Assembly: GCA_039933875.1 (NCBI GenBank)
Contig: JBDTNF010000250.1
Coordinates: 1,359-65,358 of the forward strand
From: Flavobacteriales bacterium
GTDB lineage: Bacteria > Bacteroidota > Bacteroidia > Flavobacteriales_F > PHOS-HE28
Direction of reading: 5' to 3'
DNA length: 64,000 nt
The position numbers and the translations under genes are program-made. Below, one piece after another: positions 63,690 to 64,000 of the stretch; the first letter of the stretch is position 1; each line of letters opens with the position of its first letter. The notes below the pieces were generated by a model. That model saw only the letters and a program-made list of their open reading frames with translations. It was not told where the DNA came from and did not search any database.

Positions 63690-64000
63690 ATGCTTACCCC
63701 TGCCAAGTATTCCAAGCTCCAAGCAGCGATCAAGGTCTACTGCAAGACCTACCTGCACGGTAAGTACACTGACTTGGATGAATCTGGTACTCGATTGATG
63801 ATCAATTCGTTCTTGACCAATGTTCTTGGGTTTGTCCCGATCGAAGAGGTCAAGACCGAATACATGATTAGGGGCACCTATGCGGATTACGTTATTCAGT
63901 TAGGTGGCAAGCGTCACTTCTTAGTTGAAGTAAAGGCCCTTTCCATTGCACTTTCTCAGAAACACCTGAGGCAAGCCACACACTATGGAGCGGATGAGGG
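63690..64000 (+). CDS. HsdR_N-like (type I restriction enzyme R N-terminal domain family) protein, partial at window edge
   Basis: My own translation from ATG 63690 is MLTPAKYSKLQAAIKVYCKTYLHGKYTDLDESGTRLMINSFLTNVLGF...YADYVIQLGGKRHFLVEVKAL...QATHYGADE. The ES.TR / DY.. / EVK / Q...Y pattern fits the PD-(D/E)xK HSDR_N family. The region is low-GC and the ORF has no stop before the edge. Confidence 0.6.
   Translation, partial: MLTPAKYSKLQAAIKVYCKTYLHGKYTDLDESGTRLMINSFLTNVLGFVPIEEVKTEYMIRGTYADYVIQLGGKRHFLVEVKALSIALSQKHLRQATHYGADE

Noticed and set aside
1-64000. A search by eye for CRISPR arrays, IS elements or transposases, integrases, phage genes, rRNA and obvious defense systems.
   Set aside because: I saw no regularly spaced short repeats and no DDE/tyrosine/serine recombinase motifs. 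There are no rRNA-like segments and no reverse transcriptase, nuclease-helicase or cyclase defense signatures within the window. The HsdR_N-like fragment at the right edge is the only exception.

Overview
This is a GC-rich chromosomal segment that looks Bacteroidota-type: it has five T9SS C-terminal sorting domains, DUF4199, DUF5777, LytTR and SprB-like families, and A-rich leaders without Shine-Dalgarno sequences. I call about 63 CDS plus one frameshifted gene, 2 tRNAs (Ser-CGA, His-GUG), a few hairpin terminators and two small repeat families. I see no rRNA, CRISPR, IS element or integrase. In order, the window contains: a META-domain lipoprotein; a small cassette inserted into the 3' end of a rhomboid gene; MFS; T9SS cargo; a ChlI-like ATPase/vWA pair; a TMEM175-like channel; a DPP-IV plus two POT peptide-uptake block; gltA and Usp; an 11-gene co-directional minus-strand block (polyesterase-like T9SS hydrolase, YceI-sensor kinase-LytTR regulator, two cytochrome-c-like lipoproteins, OB-fold protein, YceI, DUF5777 barrel); NhaD and CDF; a small glycan locus (GT4, formyltransferase-like fusion, flippase); LuxR, DUF4199 and VOC; a radical-SAM enzyme with an unassigned 108-aa partner; CHAP, BshB1 and GPx; a variant System I cytochrome c maturation cluster (ccmBCDEF, with a CXXXY CcmE); housekeeping genes (kdsC, UbiA-type prenyltransferase, maf, mazG, osmC); a TonB-dependent receptor; and a low-GC HsdR_N-like gene at the right edge. 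The best candidates for undescribed biology are (i) the rSAM/small-protein pair at 39.5-40.9 kb, (ii) the YceI/TCS/PSCyt1-like/OB/DUF5777 envelope module at 19.8-27.5 kb with CX4CH motif variants, and (iii) the repeat-bracketed DUF4160/DUF2442 cassette at 0.8-2.2 kb. All family assignments come from motif recognition by eye. No database search was run.
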